Part shown: in pieces, positions 40,209 through 49,621 of the stretch
Numbering within the stretch: position 1 is the first letter of the stretch
Layout: each line of letters begins with the position of its first letter
IMG/VR virus record: IMGVR_UViG_3300036863_000086
Coordinates: 1-64,000 of that record
Reading direction: 5' to 3' (one strand)
DNA: 64,000 nt
Origin: a virus
The notes under the pieces: generated by a model
The model's input: only the letters and a program-made list of their open reading frames with translations
Told to the model about the DNA's origin: nothing
Database searches by the model: none
Translations under genes and position numbers: made by a program

Positions 40209-41653
40209 AACACTGGCTCCTTACTGAAATCGAAAATCGTTCCACCAGTGCTGCCAGTAAATATATCTGGGTCTTCACTCTTCGTATGACTCGGCGAAAG
40301 CAAGCTGTGGTAGCTGTTCACCGAAATGACCTCGTCGAGGTGACGCCCGCAGCCCAGGTCATAAAGGTGAACAAGCGCGTACCGCAGCGCATCCAATCCG
40401 TGGTCATCGCGCTTAAACGGTTTATCGGCAGGATCAGCACCAGAGCTTGGCATCGCCATCGACCGATAATTCGAGAATTCCTTGATGAGGTTCTTGCAGG
40501 AATGATCGATGAGCAGCTTTGGCCGAAGAATTGGCCTGCCATACTCATCGTAGAGCCCAGTATCAACCTTCGTGAGGAAACTCTTCACGCGGTCAATGCC
40601 TTGGCGAAGGTTCTTCTTGGCCTCTGGCAGTCCATACGTACCGATGAACCGTTGAGAAAGAACGTCCACAGCCTCCGGGTCGGCTGCATCACCAAAACCG
40701 ACATCAAGGTGGTAGCCGCGTGGCTGTGGACGCGCCTGGAGCACACTAATATGATCGTCAATGCTCAAGCCGGCAGCAAAATACTCACGCCAAACTCTGA
40801 TTTCATCCTGCGGCGTGACCTGAAACTCAATTGCAGCGAACGGATTCGACCAGCCAAAGTCGAAGGCGATGTAGCTTGGCAGCATTGGATCGAATTCAAC
40901 TTGCGCAACATGAGTCTCTTCTTCAAACTCCTGGTAAATTTTTCCGACAAACGCCGTGAACTCTGCTGCGTACTCCTGAAGGAACCACTCAGTTGCCGTG
41001 GTGTTCTCAACATCGACAATTTCTGGGTCGTTGCGACCTTCTGGGAACACAGCCGTATTAGACCAAGAGGGAAATCGCCAGCTTTCCCAATCAGGAAACG
41101 TTGGGTCTTGGCCCTGCTGCCACAGGCCATGGAACCAGTTGCTCGTTCCTTCTGGCGTGCTCACAAAGTCAGCAGTACCGCGCTTGTCGGAAAGCGCTGG
41201 CCGCAGGTATTTCTGCCAGATGTCAGCGCGCTGCTTGGCAGCTTCCGACATAATGACCCAATCGAGACCTTCACCAACGAGGCTGTCGGGGTGGTCAGCG
41301 GAGCGAACCTCAACTCTCGCCTGCCATGGCAGCTCGATATACATATTGCCCTGCTTAACGGCATAGCCACTCTTAATGCGCTTATCTTGGCCGAATTTCT
41401 GCGAGATGATGAGATCATCCCACAGGACGCGAAACTCCTTCTCCCCAAGGTCGTAGGTTGGACCGACAATCCAACCTCTCGTCCGTGGCGCGAGAAGTGT
41501 CGCTTCCTTATCACGCGCAGCCATGAGGCTCTTACCAAATCGGCGTCCGCAGCATGCAACGCGAAATCGAGCCGTCGAGCTGTGGTAGAGTTGCTGCGCA
41601 GGGTGTGGCTGATAGCCAAGTTCGGCAAAGAGCCTATTCCTTGAAATTGCCAC
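40205..41653 (-). CDS. terL: terminase large subunit
   Basis: Walker A GRRFGKS, Walker B VIMSEAA, STPEG.NWF, DFG, DDHGLDALRY. Confidence 0.93.
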   Translation of the reverse strand: MAISRNRLFAELGYQPHPAQQLYHSSTARFRVACCGRRFGKSLMAARDKEATLLAPRTRGWIVGPTYDLGEKEFRVLWDDLIISQKFGQDKRIKSGYAVKQGNMYIELPWQARVEVRSADHPDSLVGEGLDWVIMSEAAKQRADIWQKYLRPALSDKRGTADFVSTPEGTSNWFHGLWQQGQDPTFPDWESWRFPSWSNTAVFPEGRNDPEIVDVENTTATEWFLQEYAAEFTAFVGKIYQEFEEETHVAQVEFDPMLPSYIAFDFGWSNPFAAIEFQVTPQDEIRVWREYFAAGLSIDDHISVLQARPQPRGYHLDVGFGDAADPEAVDVLSQRFIGTYGLPEAKKNLRQGIDRVKSFLTKVDTGLYDEYGRPILRPKLLIDHSCKNLIKEFSNYRSMAMPSSGADPADKPFKRDDHGLDALRYALVHLYDLGCGRHLDEVISVNSYHSLLSPSHTKSEDPDIFTGSTGGTIFDFSKEPVF

Positions 41654-41663
41654 ACTGACCTAC

Positions 41664-42074
41664 TTACTTTGGGGTCCACACGTTCACATCGCTGGCATTG
41701 ACCTTTTTCGCAATAGTGGTGAACGTTGACGCTCGTCGAATTCGTAGGTTCACGCTCGTCGCTTGTAACGAAACAACGGTTCCAGAGTTGTGTGCGAACT
41801 TCATTGCTGGAACAGTGAGGGAGAAGGGGCCAGCACCACCTACTGCGGAGACGACGCGCATTTCTGAGTTGACGCCGTCGCTGACAATTATTGTCTGGTT
41901 AACTGCTGCCGTCGCAACAGTACTAAGAGTTGTCGCCCCAACAATCGAAGCGCTTGAGAGTGTTGTTGACCCTGCGCCGTTGAGTGCCGTGACAACCGCT
42001 GGCCTCGGCTTTTGGCCAGTAGTCGCCAAATACGTGACGACGCGATTGACCTTGACGGGAAAGGGCCTCGACAT
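41664..42074 (-). CDS. hypothetical protein
   Basis: AGGAG RBS. Confidence 0.6.
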   Translation of the reverse strand: MSRPFPVKVNRVVTYLATTGQKPRPAVVTALNGAGSTTLSSASIVGATTLSTVATAAVNQTIIVSDGVNSEMRVVSAVGGAGPFSLTVPAMKFAHNSGTVVSLQATSVNLRIRRASTFTTIAKKVNASDVNVWTPK

Positions 42075-42082
42075 CAGGGCTC

Positions 42083-42319
42083 CTAGGCTTCTGCATTGAC
42101 AGGAAGCTCATGGCGAGCAATTGCTGCATTTGCCCACATCATCGCGTCTTCAAGACTGGTCACAGCGAGACTCTTCTCACGGCAATCACCAATTTCTTCG
42201 TTCAGCCATAGTGCGAATTCTAAAAGTTTTGCGCGCACGTGTTCATGGACTATCTTCTTTTGGTCATCTGGCACATGGTACTTAAACCGATTTTTCAAGT
42301 CGACAAGTTCCATCGCCAC
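42083..42319 (-). CDS. Acb2/Tad1-like helical hairpin protein (candidate anti-defence sponge)
   Basis: RF.YH.P...R......A........REKSLA.T.LE.AMMWANAAIAR. Confidence 0.6.
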   Translation of the reverse strand: MAMELVDLKNRFKYHVPDDQKKIVHEHVRAKLLEFALWLNEEIGDCREKSLAVTSLEDAMMWANAAIARHELPVNAEA

Positions 42320-42865
42320 TTACTCCGATGCAGAAATCTGCGCCCCATACCGCTTCAGCGCAGCACGAATACGACCCTTAATAGCTCCAAGCTGGCTGGA
42401 GCTGTACTTGCTGGCGTTTTTCGGCATGTTAATGTAGCTCCATGCCGAGCGGCAGTGGTCCTCGCTGTCAAGCGGATAGCGAGCTTTGCCATCCGACTGA
42501 TAGCCAGGATCGGCATACGTCACATTGCCATATGGCTTTTTCGGTGTTGACGATGAAAGCCACTTTGAATACGGGAAATCAGCCCAGCGCTGTGTACCCA
42601 GCTCATTTGCCATTTCGCTCATTTGTGCCTCCGGCACGTTCGCATACAATGCGCGAAGGTGTGCCACTGCTTCAGCTCGCGTGCCATGGCACTTCACCAC
42701 TGCGCCAACGGTTCCATCTGAATTTTTCTTATGCACACAGTTGCCGTTCAACATATATGGCATCTTGTTGTAATCACCCCAATTCCTTGGCGCCGCCTGG
42801 TTCTCCTGGCGGTTGCCAGAAATTGCGACAAGTGGTGCATTTCCAATGGGGTCCCAAACGGCCAT
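42320..42865 (-). CDS. DUF6582-like domain protein
   Basis: YADPG...RYPLD...R.AWSYI.......Y.......I..RI..A...G. Confidence 0.6.
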   Translation of the reverse strand: MAVWDPIGNAPLVAISGNRQENQAAPRNWGDYNKMPYMLNGNCVHKKNSDGTVGAVVKCHGTRAEAVAHLRALYANVPEAQMSEMANELGTQRWADFPYSKWLSSSTPKKPYGNVTYADPGYQSDGKARYPLDSEDHCRSAWSYINMPKNASKYSSSQLGAIKGRIRAALKRYGAQISASE

Positions 42866-43128
42866 TATTGCGCTCGCTTCTTCGCCTTCTTCTGTTCATC
42901 GAGCAATTCTACAACACGACGAGCAACTGCCTCAGAGTGATCATGGCAGCAATGATGTTGCTCGATTGGCGGGCTGTGACAGATATGTGTCTGCCATGCG
43001 AAGTAGTAGGAATTGCAGCGTGAGCAATAATAGGTCCAACCCGGGTAGGTCGACGTTGTTGCTCCAGTATTGACTGAACCAGTTGTGAATTCCCAGTTCC
43101 CATTAATGTCAGCCATCATTAACCCCAC
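42865..43128 (-). CDS. small Cys/His-rich protein
   Basis: CSRC...HIC; coupled ORF. Confidence 0.45.
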   Translation of the reverse strand: MGLMMADINGNWEFTTGSVNTGATTSTYPGWTYYCSRCNSYYFAWQTHICHSPPIEQHHCCHDHSEAVARRVVELLDEQKKAKKRAQ

Positions 43129-43682
43129 GGGAGCAAAATATTCGTTCCAGGCTTTGGCAGCATTCCAACAGCCAAGTTGGTCTTCACGGAGTTTGCCCCA
43201 CCAGATGGTCCCTGCCGTAGCGACGGAATGATCACATTAAACGACGCTCCAGTTGCAGCAGCCGGAGCTGTTGCTCCAGTCGGCGCCACGATGTTTTTGT
43301 CGTCATACGTTGTCGTCGTGGTTGAGCCGAGGAATTTATACGCATCCCCTGCCAAGCGCCCATACACGTTGTACTGCACTGCCCCAGTCACTGCGGTCAG
43401 CGTCAGCCGATTGAAGTTCGTGCCATCCAAAACAGCATTCCCAGTTGCGAATGCTGCATTTGCAGCAGATGCAATACTCTCACCGGTCGCATTCACCGCA
43501 GTATATTTGTAGGTATAGGTTGTGGTCCCTGCCGCACCCACAGATGCCACGGTCGGCGCCACTGGCGTTGCAAGCGCTGTTGCACCTGTAATTTTGGCCG
43601 GCAGCAACTGCCCGTCCACACTCCGATAGGTGGTATTCTGAAAACCACTCTCACCCTTCGCCCTGCGCATCTTTTGAGCCAT
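43119..43682 (-). CDS. FN3-like virion protein (domain shared with tail tube insertion)
   Basis: TY.Y..TAVNATGES...LTAVTGA..YNVYGR versus tail tube TYRY.ITAINANGES...WTAVVGATGYKLY. Confidence 0.6.
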   Translation of the reverse strand: MAQKMRRAKGESGFQNTTYRSVDGQLLPAKITGATALATPVAPTVASVGAAGTTTYTYKYTAVNATGESIASAANAAFATGNAVLDGTNFNRLTLTAVTGAVQYNVYGRLAGDAYKFLGSTTTTTYDDKNIVAPTGATAPAAATGASFNVIIPSLRQGPSGGANSVKTNLAVGMLPKPGTNILLPWG

Positions 43683-44023
43683 TACTTTCCCCCTTCCGGC
43701 TTGTAGGTGCTGTTGGTATTTGCGAAGTCGCTCACTTCAGTAATGAACTTGAGCAGTGGGTCGCCGCCCTTTGCCGATTCCATTTCATTGACCTTGTCAA
43801 TCACATACATCGCGTACTGACCGCGAACACGTTCGTTCGCGGCGTGCAGCGCAAGGTTAATCACGGAACGGCAAGCAGCAGGATACGCTTCGCGCAAATC
43901 CTTGTTACCCAATTCAATCAGTGTCTCTTCTGGCTTGAGGGTCCGTTCGACCTCCAAGTCAGCCAGCGCCACCACGCCGGACCAATCCACCGGGACTCGG
44001 TCGCTGAGCTTGTCCATCACCAC
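43682..44023 (-). CDS. first late gene, possible terminase small subunit
   Basis: Helical 113 aa at operon start, GGGAGGG RBS; function inferred from position only. Confidence 0.45.
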   Translation of the reverse strand: MVMDKLSDRVPVDWSGVVALADLEVERTLKPEETLIELGNKDLREAYPAACRSVINLALHAANERVRGQYAMYVIDKVNEMESAKGGDPLLKFITEVSDFANTNSTYKPEGGK

Positions 44024-44153
44024 GGGGTTCCCTCCCTTCTATTTGTAAAGCGCAAAACTCGCTTCTACTCTTCAACTTCCAGAGCGTCCCACCTTCCCAG
44101 TTATACTGCCATACGTCGTGCGATCTGGCGAGTTACTGTTCCTTATATAGCAA

Positions 44154-44744
44154 AGCCTGGCCGGAGATGAAATCCGTACACTGCGTGCGAGCCATCATAG
44201 AAGTGAAAACCATGGCACCGAGTGCGAGCCATTGGCTGTGTGAATTCCCATTTGCATCGTGCGAGCCATTTAGAACGTGAAATCCAAGCATATCGTGCGA
44301 GCCAAGATAATTGCGAAATCCATCCATCTCGTGCGAGCCAAGGTAATATGTGCAACCCAAATCATGCGTGCGAGTCATTGAGCGAATGCAACCCATCGCC
44401 TAGCGTACGAGCCATTGCTTACTGTGAAACCCAGGTGTAGCGTGCGAGCCAAGGTATGTATGAAACCCAAGCTAAAGGTGCGAGCCAGTATCGTTGGTGC
44501 AACCCCAAGTGTAGCGTGCGAGCCAAGGTAATGTGTGAAACCCAAGTGTAGCGTGCGTTAGCCGCAAGAACGATGAAATCCGTCCATCTCGTGCGAGCCA
44601 AACAGAGCGTGAAATCCAAGTTTACCGTGCGAGCCATTGGATCGTGTGAAGCCCTAAGCAATGGTGCGAGCCGTTATACCCGTGAAAACCAAATGGAGGT
44701 GCGAGTCAAAGATAAAGTGAAGCCCAGAATCAAGGTACGAGCCA
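44154..44744 (+). repeat. TIGR-like dual-repeat guide array 1 (about 16 units of 36-37 nt)
   Basis: Alternating TGCGAGCCA and TGAAAYCCA repeats separated by variable 9(-10) nt spacers. Confidence 0.9.
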
Positions 44745-44761
44745 AACTCCAAGGAGTTGCA

Positions 44762-45592
44762 GTGACGACAACAGAGCAAGGAATTGTCGTTCCAACGTTG
44801 CCAGAGATCGAAACGCTGGAGCGGAAAATTCGCACAACAGCAGCACAGCTTCCGCCAGAGGAAGCACGACTGCTGGTGCTGCTGTACTACCAATTGCAAG
44901 AACACCGGATCGCCACCGGTAACCAGGCAAAAAGCGGTGGTGACAACCCAATCCTGATGCACTATCACCAGCAGCTCTCTTCACTGGAACGCAGCCTACC
45001 GCCGCTGCTCGGCAAATGGGCACAGTCCCAAACTGCTGGACAGTGGTCCCTGTCACAGGTCGGCGTCGGTCCTGTTATGGCCGCAGGTCTGCTCGCGCAT
45101 ATCGACATTGTCAAATTCCCTTCGGTGTCACACCTGTGGTCATTCGCTGGCCAGAACCCACTTGCAAAATGGGGGAAAGGCCAGAAGCGGCCGTGGAACG
45201 CACAACTCAAGGTGCTGGTCTGGAAAATCGGCGACTCATTTGTCAAGCTCAACAAGCACCCTGACTGCTACTACGGTCATATCTACGCGAATCGCAAGGC
45301 GATCGAAGTCTCTCGCAATGAGCACGGTGCGTTTGCGGAGCAGGCAGCAGAGATTCTTGAGGTTCGTAAAATCAAGGACGAGCGGACGCTGTCCTTCTAC
45401 AAGGCCGGCAAGCTGCCACCGGGGCACATCGATATGCGCGCTCGGCGTTACGCTTCCAAGCGGTTCCTCTCACACTATTTCGTCGTTGCGTATGAGGCAG
45501 CGCACGGCGAGCCTGCTCCTCGTCCATATGTAGAAACAGTGCTCGGGCACACCGACATCGACGCACCGCCAAACTGGCCATTGACCAAGTAG
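44762..45592 (+). CDS. tasA: TasA-like Nop-domain / IS110 C-terminal-like RNA-binding protein, no nuclease domain (276 aa)
   Basis: YYQLQEHRIATGNQ coiled coil, GVGPVMAAGLLAHID...SHLWSFAG, WNAQLK..W.IG.SF.K, Y..IY...K, HIDMRARRY..K.FL; AAGGAG RBS before GTG 44762; flanked by dual-repeat arrays. Confidence 0.8.
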   Translation: MTTTEQGIVVPTLPEIETLERKIRTTAAQLPPEEARLLVLLYYQLQEHRIATGNQAKSGGDNPILMHYHQQLSSLERSLPPLLGKWAQSQTAGQWSLSQVGVGPVMAAGLLAHIDIVKFPSVSHLWSFAGQNPLAKWGKGQKRPWNAQLKVLVWKIGDSFVKLNKHPDCYYGHIYANRKAIEVSRNEHGAFAEQAAEILEVRKIKDERTLSFYKAGKLPPGHIDMRARRYASKRFLSHYFVVAYEAAHGEPAPRPYVETVLGHTDIDAPPNWPLTK

Positions 45593-45604
45593 CAATTAAT
45601 TACT

Positions 45605-46295
45605 TGCCAAATGGTGATCGTGAAACCCATATCCTTCGTGCGAGCCAAGAACGTAATGAAACCCAAATCGTAGGTGCGAGCCTCTATAAGGGTGAAACCC
45701 ATAATTCCTGTGCGAGCCATGTCGCGCTGAAACCCGAGCGGTATGTGCGAGCCCGTCTGATCGTGAAACCCATATCATGCGTGCGAGCCATAGCAGCTAT
45801 GAAACCCATGCCCTTTGTGCGAGCCTCTATGAGGGTGAAATCCGCAATCACTGTGCGAGCCACCAGCAAAGTGCAAATCCGTACTTCATGTGCGAGCTAC
45901 AGGTTTTAGTGCAACCCAATATAGTCGTGCGAGCCACTACAGAGGCGAAACCCATACTCCAGGTGCGAGCCATTGCAGTCATGAAACCCATGCCTCTTGT
46001 GCGAGCCACCGTGGTTCGGTGAAATCCGTACGTCGAGTGCAAGCCAAGACGTGTATGAAACCCTGATGTAGCGTGCGAGCCGGAACACAGGTGAAACCCT
46101 ATGGCTCAGTGCGAGCCATACTTTCTGTGAATCCCAATCCATGCGTGCGAGCCATTGTCTTCGTGAAGCCCAAGCATTCAGTGCGAGCCATCAACAGTAA
46201 TGAAACCCAAATTAGGCGTGCGAGTCCAAGCATAGGGTGAAGTCCGTAGCCTTGGTGCGAGCCAAATTCTCAGTGAAACCCATAATGTTCGTGCG
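45605..46295 (+). repeat. TIGR-like dual-repeat guide array 2 (about 19 units)
   Basis: Same 36-nt architecture; ends exactly at TGCG. Confidence 0.9.
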
Positions 46296-46338
46296 TTTTC
46301 ACCCAAAACATGCCCAAATTCGTCGAAACTAGGAGGAA

Positions 46339-46557
46339 ATGTCACTATTTGCTGACCTAACATACCTGCGTCGCAGCCGACATATTTTCGTCGACATGCG
46401 TGGCGGGACATCGCACACCTACTTCGGCGAGGTTTCCCAGGAGCGCGGGCTTCTTGTTATAACAACTCGAACAGGGTTCTTTGGGCTACGACGGCAAATT
46501 ACAAAAATCCCACACACCTCCATCGAATCCTGGTCCTACTGGACCACCCCGTATTGA
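46339..46557 (+). CDS. hypothetical protein (inter-array cargo)
   Basis: AGGAGG RBS. Confidence 0.65.
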   Translation: MSLFADLTYLRRSRHIFVDMRGGTSHTYFGEVSQERGLLVITTRTGFFGLRRQITKIPHTSIESWSYWTTPY

Positions 46558-46569
46558 GGAGGAGGAGAA

Positions 46570-46794
46570 GTGTTCGAAGGCCCAATCAAGAAATTGGAAA
46601 CAATACTCGACAAAACATCGAAAGAGATCAACGAGGGAAAATACTGGGAATATATCGTTGATACCATAGGGCGCCCAGAAGCTCTCCAACCACTCCTCAC
46701 CTCACGCGGTAAGGATCGTTGGGAACTTGTCAGCGCGGTCAACGACACACTGTTTTTCAAGCGCCCAATGCAAAAAGGGGCAAAGAATTCATGA
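46570..46794 (+). CDS. DUF4177-like small protein
   Basis: WEY.......L...G...WELVS......FFKRP; GGAGG RBS. Confidence 0.6.
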   Translation: MFEGPIKKLETILDKTSKEINEGKYWEYIVDTIGRPEALQPLLTSRGKDRWELVSAVNDTLFFKRPMQKGAKNS

Positions 46795-47036
46795 CCACAG
46801 GCACCATGAAGACGATGGATCAGTCTGGTGACACCGAAATCAAGTGGGACCGCAGCGATCCAGACTCAATTGCAATCGCTCGGGAAGCATTTAATGAGGC
46901 TACTCAGCGCCGTTCGGAAGGCGGCAAGGGCTATCTGGCGTATCGCGTTGAGCGTGGTGGTAAGGGTGCAGTCATTCGTGACTTCGATCCTGCCGCCGAG
47001 CGGATCATCCTTGCGCCGCCTATGGCCGGTGGTTAA
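46791..47036 (+). CDS. 81-aa protein ending in C-terminal diglycine (PPMAGG)
   Basis: ATGA overlap; MD.SGD...WD...GYLAY...FDP.A..IIL.PP.AGG. Confidence 0.7.
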   Translation: MTTGTMKTMDQSGDTEIKWDRSDPDSIAIAREAFNEATQRRSEGGKGYLAYRVERGGKGAVIRDFDPAAERIILAPPMAGG

Positions 47037-47049
47037 TTCAGAGGAATAT

Positions 47050-47610
47050 ATGCCGTACCGCGTCTATGCTTCCGAAGCGACAGCCACCACAATTAACATG
47101 AGCGCAACAACAAACACCACCACAGATCCTGGCAACTATTACATCTACTTCAATACCGGCTATCGATACCCGAGCGCCGAGGAACTACGTCGTCTGCAAC
47201 CACAAGCATACGAATTTGCCAACGCCACGCAACAGTACCGGCGTTGGCAACAGCAACAGACAGCGCATGAACGACAGGCAGCACGTGAACATGAGAAGGA
47301 AGCACAGGAAGCACAAAAGCGTGCAGAAGTGCTCCTGCTCTCCGTTCTCGACGCAAGGCAAGCTGAACAGTGGGCAACGACCCACGAAGTCGACGTGGTC
47401 GGCTCAGAAGGGCACAACTACCGTCTGACTCGCGCTCGTCAAGGTGGCGTATTCCGCCTTGGGTCACGAAACCGTCGTACGCATTCGCTGTGTATCCACC
47501 ACGACTACGCAATTCCTATTGAGGACCAAATCGCAGCGCAGAAGCTCCAGATCGAAACGGACGAAGCCGAATTCTGCCGTATCGCAAATGAGAGCCCAGT
47601 ACTCGCGTAA
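47050..47610 (+). CDS. hypothetical protein, partner of the diglycine protein
   Basis: GAGGA RBS; V.GS.G..YR...LCIH...P..D...AQKL.IETDE..F...AN. Confidence 0.7.
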   Translation: MPYRVYASEATATTINMSATTNTTTDPGNYYIYFNTGYRYPSAEELRRLQPQAYEFANATQQYRRWQQQQTAHERQAAREHEKEAQEAQKRAEVLLLSVLDARQAEQWATTHEVDVVGSEGHNYRLTRARQGGVFRLGSRNRRTHSLCIHHDYAIPIEDQIAAQKLQIETDEAEFCRIANESPVLA

Positions 47611-47616
47611 CAACTT

Positions 47617-49578
47617 AGCCATTGCTAGCGGTGAAGCCCATGCCTTTTGTGCGAGCCACTAGCCCATGTTAAGCACATACCGTGCGTGCGAGCTATAGGT
47701 AGCTGTGAAGCCCATGTCTTTTGTGCGAGCCACCATCCTAGTTAATAACAAAGTGTACGTGCGAGCCACCACGAGCGTCAAATCCCATAGGGGCCATGCG
47801 AGCCAATAATGCGTGTGAAATCCGTCGACAAAGTGCGAGCCAAGATACTTATGAAACCCGTACCATCTGTGCAAGCCTCTGAATGCGGTTGAAACCATAC
47901 CATCTGTGCGAGCCGTACCCTTAGTGAAATCCTCTTCGGCGGTGCGAGCCACACTCATTTGTGAAACCCCAGTACAACGTGCGAGCTACAAATGGTGTGA
48001 AACCCAAATTTCCCGTGCGAGCCACTCCCCGTTGTGCAAGCCCGAGATGTGAATGCGAGCCATTGAAACGGTAAAATCCAATTCCTTGGTGCGAGCCATT
48101 GAACCCGTAAAATCCGTATCTCTCGTGAAGTCCGGGTTGCATGTGCGAGCCACAAGTTCAGTGAAATCCATGTAGTACGTGCGAGCCACTCCCTGTTGTG
48201 CAACCCGGAGGTGCAGTGCGAGCCACGGCAATGCATGTAACCCAAATTTCCAGTGCGAGCCATATCGTTTGTGCAACCCAATAGAACCGTGCGAGCCATT
48301 GAATCTGAGAAACCCAATTCCTTGGTGCGAGCCATGTTCAGTGCGAAATCCAAGTGCAACGTGCGCGCCAGTCTGCGTGTGAAACCCATACCATGTGTGC
48401 GAGCCATTACAGTGAGTAAAATCCACTATCTTGGTGCGAGTCATTACAGTGAGTGAACCCCAATGGATCTGTGCGAGCCATTATTCCCGTGAAATCCAAT
48501 ATCTCAGTGCGGGCCAAGATGCTTGCGAAACCCATAAAGTCAGTGCGAGCCATTGCCGTCATGAAATCCATTGACTCAGTGCGAGCCATTACTTCCGTGA
48601 AATCCGTACGTAGCGTGCGAGCCATCCCAGTCGTGAAGTCCATAGTTGGTCTGCGAGTCAAGCTAAGCGTGCAACCCAACATGGCCGTGCGAGCCATTGT
48701 CGTCATGAAAACCAGGGTTAACGTGCGAGCCATTGAAACAGTGAAACCAGTCCTTAACGCGCATCCCATTACGTAAGCCAACAGCCGCGTGACATCCATA
48801 CTACTCGTGCGAGCCAGCTCCTAAGTGAAAACCGTACCCCTTGTGCGCACGCCTATAGTGAAACCCTGTTCGATGTGCGAGCCGTTGTTATGGTGAAATC
48901 CCTACCACATGTGCGAGCCAAAGCAATTGTGCAACCCAATGTCGGTCTGCGAGCCAAAAGCAAGGTGAAAACCGTGCCCTATAGTGCGAGCCATGTCTGA
49001 AATGAAATCCACAGGGGTCTGTGCGAGCCACAGGCAATGGTGCAAACCGAAGTCGAAGTGCGAGCCCCGCGCGACAGTGAAATCCATATAAGCGGTGCGA
49101 GCCGTACCATTAGTGAAATCCCATTCGTCCGATGCGAGCCATGCGATATGCGAAACCCATAGCAGGCATGCGAGCCAACGGCAGGGCGAAAACCGTACCC
49201 CATAGTGCGTGCATAAGCCATGTCTTCTCTGAAATCCAGGGATCTCGTGCGGGCCAAGGTGTGTGATGAAACCGACCCCAACGTGCGAGCCATTAGCAAG
49301 GTGAAACCCGTACTCCTGGTGCGAGCCATTACTTCCGTGAAATCCTCCGTCCTTGGTGCGAGCCATCGTCAAGGTGAACTCCATTCCAATTGTGCAAGCC
49401 ATTCAAGCAGTGAAAACCCACCCCAAGAGTGCGAGCCATATTGCGCGTGAAACCCGCCGCCCTTCGTGCGAGCCACATCGTCGGTGAAACCCAAGCATAT
49501 TGTGCGAGCCAACGAGCGTCTGCAATCCATATTGCGGGTGCGAGCCAGTCACAACGTTCAACCCGTGGGCATTGTGCG
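47617..49578 (+). repeat. TIGR-like dual-repeat guide array 3 (about 53 units)
   Basis: Starts AGCCA, ends TGCG; 36-nt period with a few irregular units. Confidence 0.9.
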
Positions 49579-49621
49579 TCCATCAATCCAAAAACAGCGT
49601 TCGAAAGGGCTACAAGTTAAA

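Noticed and set aside
44573-45592. IS110 transposase / 339-aa ORF as called in the track
   Set aside because: The first 63 codons are array sequence; the real start is GTG 44762 after AAGGAG; there is no DEDD catalytic domain, so it is not a mobile IS
44154-49578. CRISPR array
   Set aside because: Repeats are two alternating 9-mers with 9-nt spacers, and there are no cas genes
44154-49578. Self-targets of the guides within this window
   Set aside because: Only a minimal spot check was possible and it found no match; a systematic 18-mer search could not be done by eye, so none is claimed
47659-49586. Many MART/VRA-repeat ORFs on both strands
   Set aside because: Translation artefacts of the 36-nt periodic array; frames break at 35/37-nt units and lack RBSs
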